Origin: a virus
DNA length: 64,000 nt
Strand: one strand, 5' to 3'
Virus record (IMG/VR): IMGVR_UViG_3300037132_000276
Span: 1 to 64,000 of that record
In this document: in pieces, positions 1-9,606 of the stretch
Numbering within the stretch: position 1 is the stretch's first letter
Layout of the letters: every line of letters starts with the position of its first letter
The notes under the pieces: generated by a model
Database searches by the model: none
What the model saw: the letters and a program-made list of their open reading frames with translations, nothing else
What the model was told of the DNA's origin: nothing
Translations under genes and position numbers: made by a program

Positions 1-140
1 CTGCTGTTTCCCCAACTCTCGATTGACGGGCTGCTGTTTTCCCAACTCACGATTGACGGGCTGCTGTTTCCCCAACTCTCGATTGACGGGCTGCTGTTTC
101 CCCTACTCTCGATTGACGGGCTGCTGTTTTCCCTACTCAC
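1..140. repeat. 30-bp tandem repeat, at least 4.7 copies, coding
   Basis: ctgctgttt(c/t)ccc(a/t)actc(t/a)cgattgacggg units directly adjacent, with no spacers. Confidence 0.97.
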
Positions 141-320
141 AACATATTGATCATTATATCTGTTACATTCAATCTTCTTCTGAAAAACAATTCTGCCTTT
201 AATTTCCAGAATCTTATTTAGCTTTAAATCTACTTCGCAAATAACTTCCTGATTTTCTTCGACAATGTTTAGCTTGTCAAATTCTTCCTGTGACTGAATA
301 ATAATTTTTGTTCTTTCCAT
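1..320 (-). CDS. Phage protein with 10-aa tandem repeats ([EV]S[RW][EG]NSSPSI), runs off left edge
   Basis: ATG at 320 with AGGAG RBS; MERTKIIIQSQEEFDKLNIV... frame stays open to the window edge; absent from the ORF track because no stop is in the window. Confidence 0.85.
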   Translation of the reverse strand, partial: MERTKIIIQSQEEFDKLNIVEENQEVICEVDLKLNKILEIKGRIVFQKKIECNRYNDQYVVSRENSSPSIESRGNSSPSIESWGNSSPSIVSWENSSPSIESWGNS

Positions 321-333
321 AACCCAAACTCCT

Positions 334-618
334 TTATTTTATTTTGAGAATAATCTTTAATGAATAAACCGAAAACCAAAACACGCCCGAACCGGAAACG
401 ATTTTTATCCAGCTCGCGCTTTCGATTTTATTGTTTGTGAACTCTGATCCAACTATGCCGATACCGACAAAGAGGCATATCATAAAAACAACCGTGAATA
501 GTTGTTTGATAAATATTTTTTGTTGTTGGATTTCTTTGACAATGGAAGGTGGAATGGTAATTCCAGAATTGGCACAATTTTCATCCATTATAACCTCTTC
601 GTTTTTGTGAATTGTCAT
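334..618 (-). CDS. Small membrane protein (2 TM)
   Basis: Two hydrophobic stretches; in-operon position; start may be the second Met (MDENC). Confidence 0.6.
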   Translation of the reverse strand: MTIHKNEEVIMDENCANSGITIPPSIVKEIQQQKIFIKQLFTVVFMICLFVGIGIVGSEFTNNKIESASWIKIVSGSGVFWFSVYSLKIILKIK

Positions 619-644
619 ATAACAGCTTTTATATGTTATGTAAT

Positions 645-2657
645 TTAATATCCGTAAGTATTAAATACAAATTTTTCTAAACGTTCAGCATCTTTTTCTT
701 TTATCCTTAAGCTTTCGGCAATTCGTGAAAGTATAAGATTTTTTGGTGTCTCGGCTGAAAGCAACTCATGTTTTAATTCCATAAACTTTTCAACAAGCGC
801 ATGTAGTTTCTCGTCTGTAAGATCTTCAATGCCTCCGCCGGTGTTCATGCTGGTTTCCATTGCCTCTAACTCCATCAGATCGTTAACAACTATTGCCGCT
901 GCATCTTGAACATCTTTCGAAAAGTTGGCCATGTGATCAATTTTATTGCCGTCCTTAATTAACCGCTCACCTTCAAGTTTCCAAAGAGTGGAGGGACTTA
1001 CTGTCTGTCCGCCAACCCTAAGTTTATGCCCTTCGTTGGTATCATCACAAACTAAAAGATTATTGTTCCAAACCGCCCATCTTTTCTTAGTATAAAGACG
1101 TACCTGTTTTTCATTACTAAAGAAATAGGTTTTTGCCTCAATTCCCTTAGCGATTATTTCCTGGCGTAGTTTTTCATTCTGAAAGTGATCGCTGTTTATA
1201 CTTTGTATGTTTGGAAAGTCACGGATAAGCATTGAAAGGACATCTCCTATTTTCAGATAGTCAATGGAATAATTATTGTGCGGCTCCATAACTATTATTA
1301 CATCGATGATCGGCTTTTTGTTTGTTGTGATTACTTCAAGATTATCATCAATAAGCAGTTCCATTTTGCGGGCGTCAATGGTCTCATTGTAACCGCCAAC
1401 AATCACAAACCTATCTTTAGATTTGCTCGGGTCCATTGCAAAACATCGAACGCGCTTATCTCCGGTTAATGAAAGTATTTCAATTGAAGTAAACGTATGA
1501 ATTTTCCCGTCGCCTGTTTCCCGGGTTGTGTTGGTTGGTTTGTAGCTGATTTTATTCTGTATGCTGGTTGAAATTGCCTCACTTATTTTTATTGCATAAG
1601 GTTGGTAGAAGTTATCCTTAGAAATAGGTTTCTTACATTCGAATATTCTGGCGGCTCCTATCGGATCAGCTTTGTAGGCATCATCAAACATTTCCCGTGT
1701 TCTTCCCGGATTAAAATCCCATGTAGCTAACCTGCGGGCATAAATACCGTCAAGCTCTAAGCTCTTTTCATAACGTTCGTGGGTTAGATCCCATTCCGTG
1801 TCGTTTGGATATGCCCATCCCAACACTTTGGCAACTCTGTTCGGAAATGATGCCCGGGTATTTGCAAGTCCAAGCTCGTACAGCAAGCTTGCCATTTGAT
1901 ATTTAGCTTTTGTATTAGCGCGTGAAAGCTCATCGGCGTAAAACCTTAGCATGTGAATTCCTTCCGGAGCAGATGCAGCACTGTTAAAGCTAAATAGTCG
2001 GATCCCGCCTGCCCCCGGCTCTCTCACTGGGAATAGAACCTCCCTTTTCTTAAAATCCCCATGTTCTTCCCGAAGGTCCAGCCCCGCATAATGTTCAAAC
2101 CAATTATCACCCGTTTTGGGATCTTTCGTTAGTTTTAATACCTTCTTTACACTATCAAAAAAAGCCCTGCGCGCCTGGTCCTCGTCAACCGCTGAAACGT
2201 TTATTATATCAAACGTTTTTTCTTTTGTATAGGATACCGGTATTTTTGTAATCTTTGTAAAATATTCATGTGGATCTCTTAGGCAGTTTATATAGTAAAT
2301 GGCAAAAGCTGCATCACCCTCAGCCCAAAAGTTCTTCCCGCCCTTCATTCCGATTTCAAGCAGGATTTCATGGTTGGTTGTATCCCAAACTCCCGGCTTA
2401 TCTCCCCATGCAGCAAGATAGGCCGCTTTTTGCTCGCCTTCTACTGTACGGTGCAAAAACTCCTTTTGGAAGGATATAACATCAGTAATGTCTCCAACTT
2501 CACGCCTGAAATCAGTGTTCTTACTGGTGAATATCGCCGTCGTTCCCAAGAAGCTGGCGCTTTTGTTCTTCGCACTTGGTTTCAAATTTGGCGAATAGTC
2601 CAGCAGTGACAGGGGCATCTGCGATGACTTCGTCTCTGTATTTAATGTAGGTATCAT
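645..2657 (-). CDS. terL: Terminase large subunit
   Basis: Walker A-like GMKGGKN, Walker B FYADE, RNase H-like nuclease motifs (FAMDPS, SDHFQ, KDVQDA); follows an HTH gene. Confidence 0.88.
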   Translation of the reverse strand: MIPTLNTETKSSQMPLSLLDYSPNLKPSAKNKSASFLGTTAIFTSKNTDFRREVGDITDVISFQKEFLHRTVEGEQKAAYLAAWGDKPGVWDTTNHEILLEIGMKGGKNFWAEGDAAFAIYYINCLRDPHEYFTKITKIPVSYTKEKTFDIINVSAVDEDQARRAFFDSVKKVLKLTKDPKTGDNWFEHYAGLDLREEHGDFKKREVLFPVREPGAGGIRLFSFNSAASAPEGIHMLRFYADELSRANTKAKYQMASLLYELGLANTRASFPNRVAKVLGWAYPNDTEWDLTHERYEKSLELDGIYARRLATWDFNPGRTREMFDDAYKADPIGAARIFECKKPISKDNFYQPYAIKISEAISTSIQNKISYKPTNTTRETGDGKIHTFTSIEILSLTGDKRVRCFAMDPSKSKDRFVIVGGYNETIDARKMELLIDDNLEVITTNKKPIIDVIIVMEPHNNYSIDYLKIGDVLSMLIRDFPNIQSINSDHFQNEKLRQEIIAKGIEAKTYFFSNEKQVRLYTKKRWAVWNNNLLVCDDTNEGHKLRVGGQTVSPSTLWKLEGERLIKDGNKIDHMANFSKDVQDAAAIVVNDLMELEAMETSMNTGGGIEDLTDEKLHALVEKFMELKHELLSAETPKNLILSRIAESLRIKEKDAERLEKFVFNTYGY

Positions 2658-3294
2658 TATCTAATTGGTTACATGCATTGAAAAACGCATCCAACATCTC
2701 CTTTATAGTTTTTATGTCCATTATCTCGCCTTTCATCCGGAGAAAGGTTTCGAGAGTTTTCCTCAACTCAGAATTAGCCTTAACCTGAATGGCGTCCCGG
2801 TTGAAAAAGTCTTTTATCATCTGTATTGATTCGTATAACTTAGTAATTAGATTAAACTCTGATTTGCTTGGTTTCCCTTCCTCGGTTTCATCAAAAGTAC
2901 CTTTAAAGTAATCTATAATCTCTTTCTGATTTTCGGCTATTTTCTCAACTTCGGTTTTATTCCGGTCTATTATCTCAATCATGTTCTTCCCGATATAGGA
3001 AACGACATCAAAAGCATTTACAAACCCTTCGGCTATATACTCCCCTTTTTTAATAGCATGGACGGTTGCAACTGCCTTGCTGACTTTTTCCCGTCTTTTT
3101 TTCTCCTCTGGGGTTATTCGTGGCTTTTCATTTGGAACGCCATCCCTTTTGTCCATTCTTTTTTTAATATTGGCAACTGTCCCCTTTGCAACTTGATATT
3201 TTTTTGCAATGTCTCCATAAGATATATGCGTTGGCTGGCGTAAAATCGCTTCAATGGTTTCGCGGATATGATTAGGTATTACTTCACTGCCCAT
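2521..3294 (-). CDS. Probable terminase small subunit (N-terminal HTH)
   Basis: HTH ISYGDIAKKYQVAKGTVANIKK plus helical body; directly upstream of terL; GGAG RBS. Confidence 0.7.
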   Translation of the reverse strand: MGSEVIPNHIRETIEAILRQPTHISYGDIAKKYQVAKGTVANIKKRMDKRDGVPNEKPRITPEEKKRREKVSKAVATVHAIKKGEYIAEGFVNAFDVVSYIGKNMIEIIDRNKTEVEKIAENQKEIIDYFKGTFDETEEGKPSKSEFNLITKLYESIQMIKDFFNRDAIQVKANSELRKTLETFLRMKGEIMDIKTIKEMLDAFFNACNQLDNDTYIKYRDEVIADAPVTAGLFAKFETKCEEQKRQLLGNDGDIHQ

Positions 3295-3491
3295 AAATGT
3301 TCAATACTCCAAAATTAATTTTATTCTATAAAATGCGATTTTTTAACCTATATGTTCATTGTTCACTGTTCATGATGAACAACCACTATTCAAGTTGAAC
3401 GTTCACTAATCGTTTTTATTTAAGTTTTGACAAATAATATTGGCCTATTCTATCAAGTTTTTTTCAAAACACGACAATTGTGATTCAAATA

Positions 3492-3728
3492 TCATTCATC
3501 ACCGACATAATGATATTCTTTTCTTAATTCATCAATTGTAATTAATTTCCAAATCCCTTTATTATCCTGATAAGAGATCCAAGTATCGCCGACTTGTCGA
3601 ATACTTATTGGAGGTTTATTTGAGAAACTATACCATACTTGACCTGGCTCGACAATGTCTCTATCATTTTGGAGAGTGCCACATCTTAAAAGGAACAAAA
3701 AACTGATTATAAATAAATATTTTTTCAT
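3492..3728 (-). CDS. Small secreted/lipoprotein-like hypothetical protein
   Basis: MKKYLFIISFLFLLRC signal-like N-terminus; GAAGGAG RBS. Confidence 0.6.
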   Translation of the reverse strand: MKKYLFIISFLFLLRCGTLQNDRDIVEPGQVWYSFSNKPPISIRQVGDTWISYQDNKGIWKLITIDELRKEYHYVGDE

Positions 3729-3741
3729 GTTTTCTCCTTCT

Positions 3742-4119
3742 TTATTGTTTGATTTTAGCTAAATATTGCATTCCTATTATATCAACAGTTTTTATGTACC
3801 ACTCCTCAAATCCCTCCTTCTTGCCATAAGCTGATTTATAATAGACAAATAGTCTATTTCTAAGAATCTGTTGCGGCGACTTTCCCTTTGATTCAGAAAT
3901 TGGTTTAGATTCGGGAACGTTGAGCAAATCTTCATTAACAATTTCAATTAATTTGAAGAGGAAAAATCCAGATTTGTTATTTAGTTCAAAGAGCATAGCA
4001 TTTTCATTCGGCAAAAGCTCTCGATCGGTATCAACATTAAGCCTGAGCGTCCGATCAGCAAAAGTAGTAATTCTGGAAATAGTTGCTGGGACTAAAAGAA
4101 GTTTATCGTCATCTGCCAT
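3742..4119 (-). CDS. Hypothetical phage protein
   Basis: ORF with AAGGA RBS, co-oriented in operon. Confidence 0.75.
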   Translation of the reverse strand: MADDDKLLLVPATISRITTFADRTLRLNVDTDRELLPNENAMLFELNNKSGFFLFKLIEIVNEDLLNVPESKPISESKGKSPQQILRNRLFVYYKSAYGKKEGFEEWYIKTVDIIGMQYLAKIKQ

Positions 4120-4145
4120 TTTTAATCCTTTTTATAATAATAGTT

Positions 4146-4475
4146 CTATACATTATTTCTGAATATTTTTAATGTTAATAAAAAAAGGACTAATCCAAAG
4201 ATACCTACACAACAGGTTTTCCAAGATATGTTCAGGAATAGAGGAGTTATTAATATCACAATAATTATCATAAAAGAATATAGTAATGAGGCTTTTGTTA
4301 TTTTTGTTCTTTTTGAGGGATCTCCTACCCTAAAGGTTGACATAAATCCTATCGGTTTGGATGTTGGTTCTCTATCGTGCATTTTTTCTTCAGACATTTT
4401 ATCTCCCACTTTAATTTTCAGATTCTTAAGGGCATTAATAAAGCTATCTCCAACAAATATTGAATCCTTGTCCAT
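4146..4475 (-). CDS. Hypothetical membrane protein
   Basis: Two C-terminal hydrophobic helices. Confidence 0.6.
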   Translation of the reverse strand: MDKDSIFVGDSFINALKNLKIKVGDKMSEEKMHDREPTSKPIGFMSTFRVGDPSKRTKITKASLLYSFMIIIVILITPLFLNISWKTCCVGIFGLVLFLLTLKIFRNNV

Positions 4476-4622
4476 TTTATCAGGGCTTTGCCATTTAGTT
4501 AATATTTACATCCATTCGGACAAATAGCCTTTCCTGAATGCGTGAAATTCACTAAAGTGAAGCATCTTGGACAAATACCAACGAAATGCATGATTTTAGT
4601 AAAATAATATTTTAATTTTAAT

Positions 4623-4979
4623 TTAATCCTTAACATCTTCCTTCTCCGAATTTATTAAATCAAGGCAATCTTCACATATCCCCTCTTCATTCATGGGGAT
4701 GCCCCAAAGTTCACATTTTTTACAGCATGTTGGGCTATCGACGACGTGCGCAATTCCTCTTTCAAGAAGATCTTTGCTGGCATCCTTATAAATATAATCT
4801 TCCCGCATTCGATTAACGGCAAAGTCAATATACTCGTCTGTGATGAGAGATGACCCGCCGTCCGACCAGCCAATCTTTTTGGCTTCCTTTGAATTATGGG
4901 CAAATATCAATATTGCACATTCGGACCATCCCGCTTCTCTTGAAAATCCCATATATGGGAAAAGCTTGTTTTTATTCAT
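4623..4979 (-). CDS. Hypothetical protein with C-terminal Cys cluster
   Basis: CCKKC...CEDC; overlaps the upstream gene. Confidence 0.7.
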   Translation of the reverse strand: MNKNKLFPYMGFSREAGWSECAILIFAHNSKEAKKIGWSDGGSSLITDEYIDFAVNRMREDYIYKDASKDLLERGIAHVVDSPTCCKKCELWGIPMNEEGICEDCLDLINSEKEDVKD

Positions 4980-5757
4980 TTTCTATAAGCCCTTCTTTAA
5001 TTTCTGATAAGGTCTCTATTGATCGATCAATCTGACGTAAAACATTTTGGGGGTTAAATTTGACTATTTTTTGTTCCTTTAATAATCTCTCTAATGCATC
5101 AGTTAAGCGATTATCAAAAACATAGGTGCCGTATGATTTTAGAATCTCTTTTAAATTCTTTTGATCATTTTTGATCTTTTCGCACTCTTCTTTTATGTCT
5201 TCTAAGCTGGCAATTCTGTTTATTATTTCGGATTTTATTCTACAAGAAAGTTCTTTTGTGGATGTTTTACGCTGCAGCCATGCTTCAAAATATTCAATTT
5301 TATCATTAAAAAAGGGATAAGGATTTTCATTGATTCTGTTCATAATTATATATTGGAATATTTCTGAAGGTATTTGCTGCTCTCGGTATAATGCTTTTTT
5401 AATTATTCTATTAGATTTGCCGGTGCTATATATTAATCCAGCATGGGCATCTATCTCATCACGTTGAATAAGATCTGGAATACAGGCGAAATAAAATTCG
5501 TGACAAAAAGCAAAATAATTTTGGTATTTCTGATCTCGAAGAAAATCATTACGATTTACTTTAATTTCATACATCGTAACTTTGGGATTCCGCCAGCTTT
5601 TGGCCATAGCCATTGCATCTATTTTATAAAACTTATCAAACCAAGTAGATCCGGTTTTAACCTCAGTTAAATAAAAATCCTTTTGATGTCGGGATTCTAA
5701 AGATTTTTTAATATCGGCTGAGGTTATGTTAACTTCTTTTGCTTTAGATTCTTTCAT
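4972..5757 (-). CDS. MmcB-like PD-(D/E)XK nuclease-fold protein
   Basis: IDAMAM...YEIKVNRNDFLRDQKY..Y..FCHEFYFA pattern typical of MmcB-like phage proteins. Confidence 0.7.
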   Translation of the reverse strand: MKESKAKEVNITSADIKKSLESRHQKDFYLTEVKTGSTWFDKFYKIDAMAMAKSWRNPKVTMYEIKVNRNDFLRDQKYQNYFAFCHEFYFACIPDLIQRDEIDAHAGLIYSTGKSNRIIKKALYREQQIPSEIFQYIIMNRINENPYPFFNDKIEYFEAWLQRKTSTKELSCRIKSEIINRIASLEDIKEECEKIKNDQKNLKEILKSYGTYVFDNRLTDALERLLKEQKIVKFNPQNVLRQIDRSIETLSEIKEGLIENE

Positions 5758-5888
5758 GAATTAACCGTTTTGCTTATAATCGATTACCGTTCTCATAACT
5801 TGAGCATTTGAATTCTGGGGGAATATTTGTTAATGCTTCATTCCTTTTTGTTTTACAGGCGGGGCATTCCCGGGGAAAGGTTATGCAA

Positions 5889-6233
5889 TCACCCTCCATA
5901 AACGCCTGCCCGCAACTGTGACATTGTGCTGCATTTTGGCAATCTTGAACTACCCTTACATTTTCTACAAATTACTTCCTCATGACACCCAAGCACGTAA
6001 CCATCCATAGAATCGTGATAGCAATTAATATGTTTATGGTGCATCCCCTTCCCTTTACATTTATCACAAGGGGCTGTTTGATTTAAAATTGTTGCAAGTT
6101 GTGTAAACCATGCATATACATCCGATTTCGGAGATAAAAGAGAAAAAATCCTTTTGCAGTAAGTTTCAATCTTTTGCTGGATCTCTTTAATTTCCCGCTG
6201 CTTCCGGACTTTTTCTCTTTGTAATTCATTCAT
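5889..6233 (-). CDS. Zn-finger protein (CxxCxGxG repeats)
   Basis: CDKCKGKG and CRKCKGSS. Confidence 0.65.
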   Translation of the reverse strand: MNELQREKVRKQREIKEIQQKIETYCKRIFSLLSPKSDVYAWFTQLATILNQTAPCDKCKGKGMHHKHINCYHDSMDGYVLGCHEEVICRKCKGSSRLPKCSTMSQLRAGVYGG

Positions 6234-6234
6234 T

Positions 6235-7008
6235 TTATCTTGTTATCATCCAAAAATCTGACGAAAGATTGCTGTTCTCCAAATATGCAAAAGGAATGGT
6301 GAAATATCCCTTCTGTCCCCAAGCAATCCCCCATGAATTTCGGACAATAAATCGCTGTTGAGTTTCATTATACCCGACGGCCATTACAGCGTGACCGCCA
6401 AGCACCTGCTCGTGCTTTGCCGGCAGGTTGACAATTCCTGTTTGTGCAACTTGAGAAGATTCAAAACTTGAATAAACTGTAAACCCGAATACAAACGGGA
6501 ATCCAGACGCTAAGCAGTTCTGCATATCAACAAGCGTGTTTAATCGCTGATATTGCGCAATTTTGTGCTTTAGTGCATCGGCATAACATTGTGCGGTTGG
6601 TTTATTCTTAAATTTTGCTACGTTATAAGGCCATTCTGCTTCGGGGCACACTCCCTGAGATGCGAGCACTTTAACTCCGTCTCTTATCTGCGCTCCGGAG
6701 TCCTGGGAGATTGTTCCTTCAATTGCTCGCTCATCATAATAAACAAATAATCGGCTAAGATCAGCAAATGGTAATTTTTCGAGAACTTCCAAGAATTCCA
6801 ATGCGCCGACAAGTGCATTAGCCGTGCAGCTGCCAAGTTGTCCCTGGTCTTCAACCGGAGAACATCCGCTTCGAAGATCAACTATCTTTGGTAGAGTAAT
6901 TCCTTCTTTAACTTCATACAAATAATCTCTATGGTCCGGAAGATCCGGCTTCCATCCGTAGACGTGTTGAATGCTTTTGGTGCCAAAATTAAGATTTTGA
7001 TTGTTCAT
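6235..7008 (-). CDS. Papain-like cysteine peptidase (family C1A, xylellain-like)
   Basis: YGWKPDLPDHRD N-terminus, QGQLGSCTANA (catalytic Gln/Cys), GGHAV (His), RNSWG (Asn), WGQKGY. Confidence 0.95.
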   Translation of the reverse strand: MNNQNLNFGTKSIQHVYGWKPDLPDHRDYLYEVKEGITLPKIVDLRSGCSPVEDQGQLGSCTANALVGALEFLEVLEKLPFADLSRLFVYYDERAIEGTISQDSGAQIRDGVKVLASQGVCPEAEWPYNVAKFKNKPTAQCYADALKHKIAQYQRLNTLVDMQNCLASGFPFVFGFTVYSSFESSQVAQTGIVNLPAKHEQVLGGHAVMAVGYNETQQRFIVRNSWGIAWGQKGYFTIPFAYLENSNLSSDFWMITR

Positions 7009-7027
7009 AATTCTTCTCCTATTGGTT

Positions 7028-7282
7028 CTAAATATTGGTTAAGAAATATGGAATCGGATTCCTATTTCTCTCATAATTAATTATTGAATAAAGTTGAAAT
7101 GATTTATCAAAAATACTTGCGGCTAACCGGGGCGAAATTCTCAACTCTTTTGATTTTAAGTCGGTTAATATTGCCCTCAAAAACACAATTGTCGTTGTTC
7201 TTGCCGCGCCTTCAGGGTATTGTTCCGCTAATCGTTCGGGGCCAACGGCTCTTTCTTCCGGAATCATAAAGATTTCATCCAT
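7028..7282 (-). CDS. Hypothetical protein
   Basis: Translationally coupled ORF. Confidence 0.65.
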   Translation of the reverse strand: MDEIFMIPEERAVGPERLAEQYPEGAARTTTIVFLRAILTDLKSKELRISPRLAASIFDKSFQLYSIINYERNRNPIPYFLTNI

Positions 7283-7661
7283 TTGGATTTTCCTTCAAAT
7301 ATTTTTCTAGGATTTCGAAACATTTGAATATCCCCACCTCAAATGCATCTTGACGTGAAACCTGGTGCAATGTTTGGATATAGGGCATAAACGCATAAAT
7401 TTTCTTGCTGCGGATCTCACTAAACCACTTTACTCCCTTATTAAGATCGCCTTCACAAGTTGGGAGTGTGGATAAATAGATTCCTTTATTATCAAAAAAA
7501 TCTTCTAACAATCCGCAAATTTCATAATCGCCGGCAGTATCTTTTGCAAATGGCCCATAGATCGTATGTTCAATAATCTCAAATAAACTAAGTGCGCGAA
7601 TAAAATATTTGAATTGCTCCCATGATTCGGGGAATATCTCTGCAGTTTTTTCAAACTTCAT
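7275..7661 (-). CDS. Hypothetical protein
   Basis: ORF with AAGGA RBS. Confidence 0.7.
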   Translation of the reverse strand: MKFEKTAEIFPESWEQFKYFIRALSLFEIIEHTIYGPFAKDTAGDYEICGLLEDFFDNKGIYLSTLPTCEGDLNKGVKWFSEIRSKKIYAFMPYIQTLHQVSRQDAFEVGIFKCFEILEKYLKENPNG

Positions 7662-7796
7662 TTCCTTAGCCCTTCTTTTTTTTTACAACCTTGTATTTTA
7701 TTGGAAGTGGCTTTTATCTCCTCACCGCTCAGGTATAGGATTGTTAATAAATATTCAAGTTTACTTATAGCCATAAAAACCACTTCCAAATTTTAA

Positions 7797-8849
7797 TTAT
7801 GCTTCTTGGTGATTGACCCCATTTGAAATCTCAAATACTTTTGCTTGATTTGCTACCTCTTCAACTGCTGGGGAAAGAAGTGTGTCTACAACCGTTTGCA
7901 AGTCCCTAGCTGCCGACTCTTCTATGATGCCGTCGTTAACAGTTTTATCGATTCCCGCCTGGATTTGTTTCTTATGAGCCCAAAAATGAAGTTTTGTATA
8001 TTGATCTAAGCTTTCCGGACATTCATAAATATCACCCTGACCCAAATAATCATAAATTCCAACGTTGCATTTAGCATCATATTCGGCTCTGTCTTTCGAA
8101 CAAACCGCATATTCACTTATATCCTCACCAATTTTGCATTTATATTCGATTTCGCCGGTGGCCGTTCTTTCCGTTACCTGGTTTTTAACTTCTTCTTCAT
8201 GCTTAATGTTAGCCTGATCAATTTCGTAATAAGGCGTAACGTGCTGAATAAATGAGTAAATTAACATATTCGCAAGCTGCTGATGATAAATGACTCCGCG
8301 GGAATAAACACCCTCAACCAGCTCTTTTAGCATTTCAAAGCTAAGTTGTGCATAGTTGAGCTGGCTTTCTTTCATTAATTTTATCCCAAATTCAACAACC
8401 GGAAAACTTTTATGATTTTTATCAAAATTCTTGAAATCAAGTGTAAATTTGTCAAATATAATTTCGCTCCTCCGGATATAGACGATTAGCTTCCCGACGG
8501 CATTATCTTTAATGTACTGTTTCGGATCCTGCTCAATTTCCAAACGCCATTTTTCAATATTAAGATTTAGCGGCTCACCCTTGTAATTAAAATAAAACGT
8601 TGTGTTGTGATAAGGGACACTACCAATAAATTGATGAATGTGGTCTATCCTCTCGGTTATTGATTTCAAGGAAAGGTCAAATTTTTCTAATAAAGTGGTC
8701 CTGAATTTTTCTTCGGCTTCTGTGGCTCCCGAGTCGGCAACAATTTTAAGTTTCCACCAAGCTTCAACTTTTTTGGATATGGTCAAAAGACTAACAAAAA
8801 TTGCTAATAGCAATAAGACAATTACTAATGTTATAATTGTGTTTTCCAT
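7797..8849 (-). CDS. Hypothetical protein with N-terminal membrane anchor
   Basis: 350-aa ORF; hydrophobic residues 5-24. Confidence 0.75.
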   Translation of the reverse strand: MENTIITLVIVLLLLAIFVSLLTISKKVEAWWKLKIVADSGATEAEEKFRTTLLEKFDLSLKSITERIDHIHQFIGSVPYHNTTFYFNYKGEPLNLNIEKWRLEIEQDPKQYIKDNAVGKLIVYIRRSEIIFDKFTLDFKNFDKNHKSFPVVEFGIKLMKESQLNYAQLSFEMLKELVEGVYSRGVIYHQQLANMLIYSFIQHVTPYYEIDQANIKHEEEVKNQVTERTATGEIEYKCKIGEDISEYAVCSKDRAEYDAKCNVGIYDYLGQGDIYECPESLDQYTKLHFWAHKKQIQAGIDKTVNDGIIEESAARDLQTVVDTLLSPAVEEVANQAKVFEISNGVNHQEA

Positions 8850-8853
8850 TTTT

Positions 8854-9576
8854 TTAATATCTCCCGTTATTATTTGTTAATTCAGTTATTATGAAATTGC
8901 CTTCTTCTTTATAAATTGAAATAATTTTATTGTTTTTCTTTTTAACAGTAAGCTTCATTCTTCCGGTATAATTCCGGCGAAATCGTTTTGATGCGGTCAG
9001 CAAATCTTCAAAATCTTTTTCAAGCTTTGAAATATTGACCTCGATTAAATCTTGCTGATCGATGTCAATCTTTTTTATTTCTCCATGTTTCATAAAACAT
9101 TCAATCACAAATAGGCCGTTATCAAGTCGTTTTTGCGGCCATCCTTCGGGAATAATATTCTCGACATATTTATCGATCTCGTCGGGACTAAAGGGTATAA
9201 AATTCCCATCTTCATTGTAAAGAGATGTGACATCTCCGTCTTTAATTTTTATGGTTAATTTTATTTTCCCGGAATAATTTCTACGGAATCGTTTTGAATT
9301 AATAAGCAGTTTTTCAAGTGCGGTTTCCGTATTCATTTTATCGATTAGATCTGTAACGTTTTGGCCGTCGATATCAAATCTGTTAAGAGATCCGTTTTTC
9401 CAAAAGCTTTCGATAACGAACATCCCTGTTCTTACTCTTTTCTGCGGCCATCCCTCAAGAAGGGTATCATAAATGCATTTTTTGATAATCTTTGGATCAA
9501 ATGGATTTGCTGAAGGCAGCTTATTCACGATCGGAACATCTTTTTCTTTGGAGCGAGTGAACATATTATCTCCCAT
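8854..9576 (-). CDS. Protein made of two homologous ~100-aa halves
   Basis: EGWPQKR...FVIE...DID...SKRFRRNY.G..KLT...GNFI occurs twice. Confidence 0.85.
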   Translation of the reverse strand: MGDNMFTRSKEKDVPIVNKLPSANPFDPKIIKKCIYDTLLEGWPQKRVRTGMFVIESFWKNGSLNRFDIDGQNVTDLIDKMNTETALEKLLINSKRFRRNYSGKIKLTIKIKDGDVTSLYNEDGNFIPFSPDEIDKYVENIIPEGWPQKRLDNGLFVIECFMKHGEIKKIDIDQQDLIEVNISKLEKDFEDLLTASKRFRRNYTGRMKLTVKKKNNKIISIYKEEGNFIITELTNNNGRY

Positions 9577-9606
9577 AAGCTTATATGTGTTAATTTAAGT
9601 TAATTT

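Noticed and set aside
1-140. CRISPR array
   Set aside because: The 30-bp units are contiguous with no unique spacers, keep an open reading frame, and no cas genes are present.
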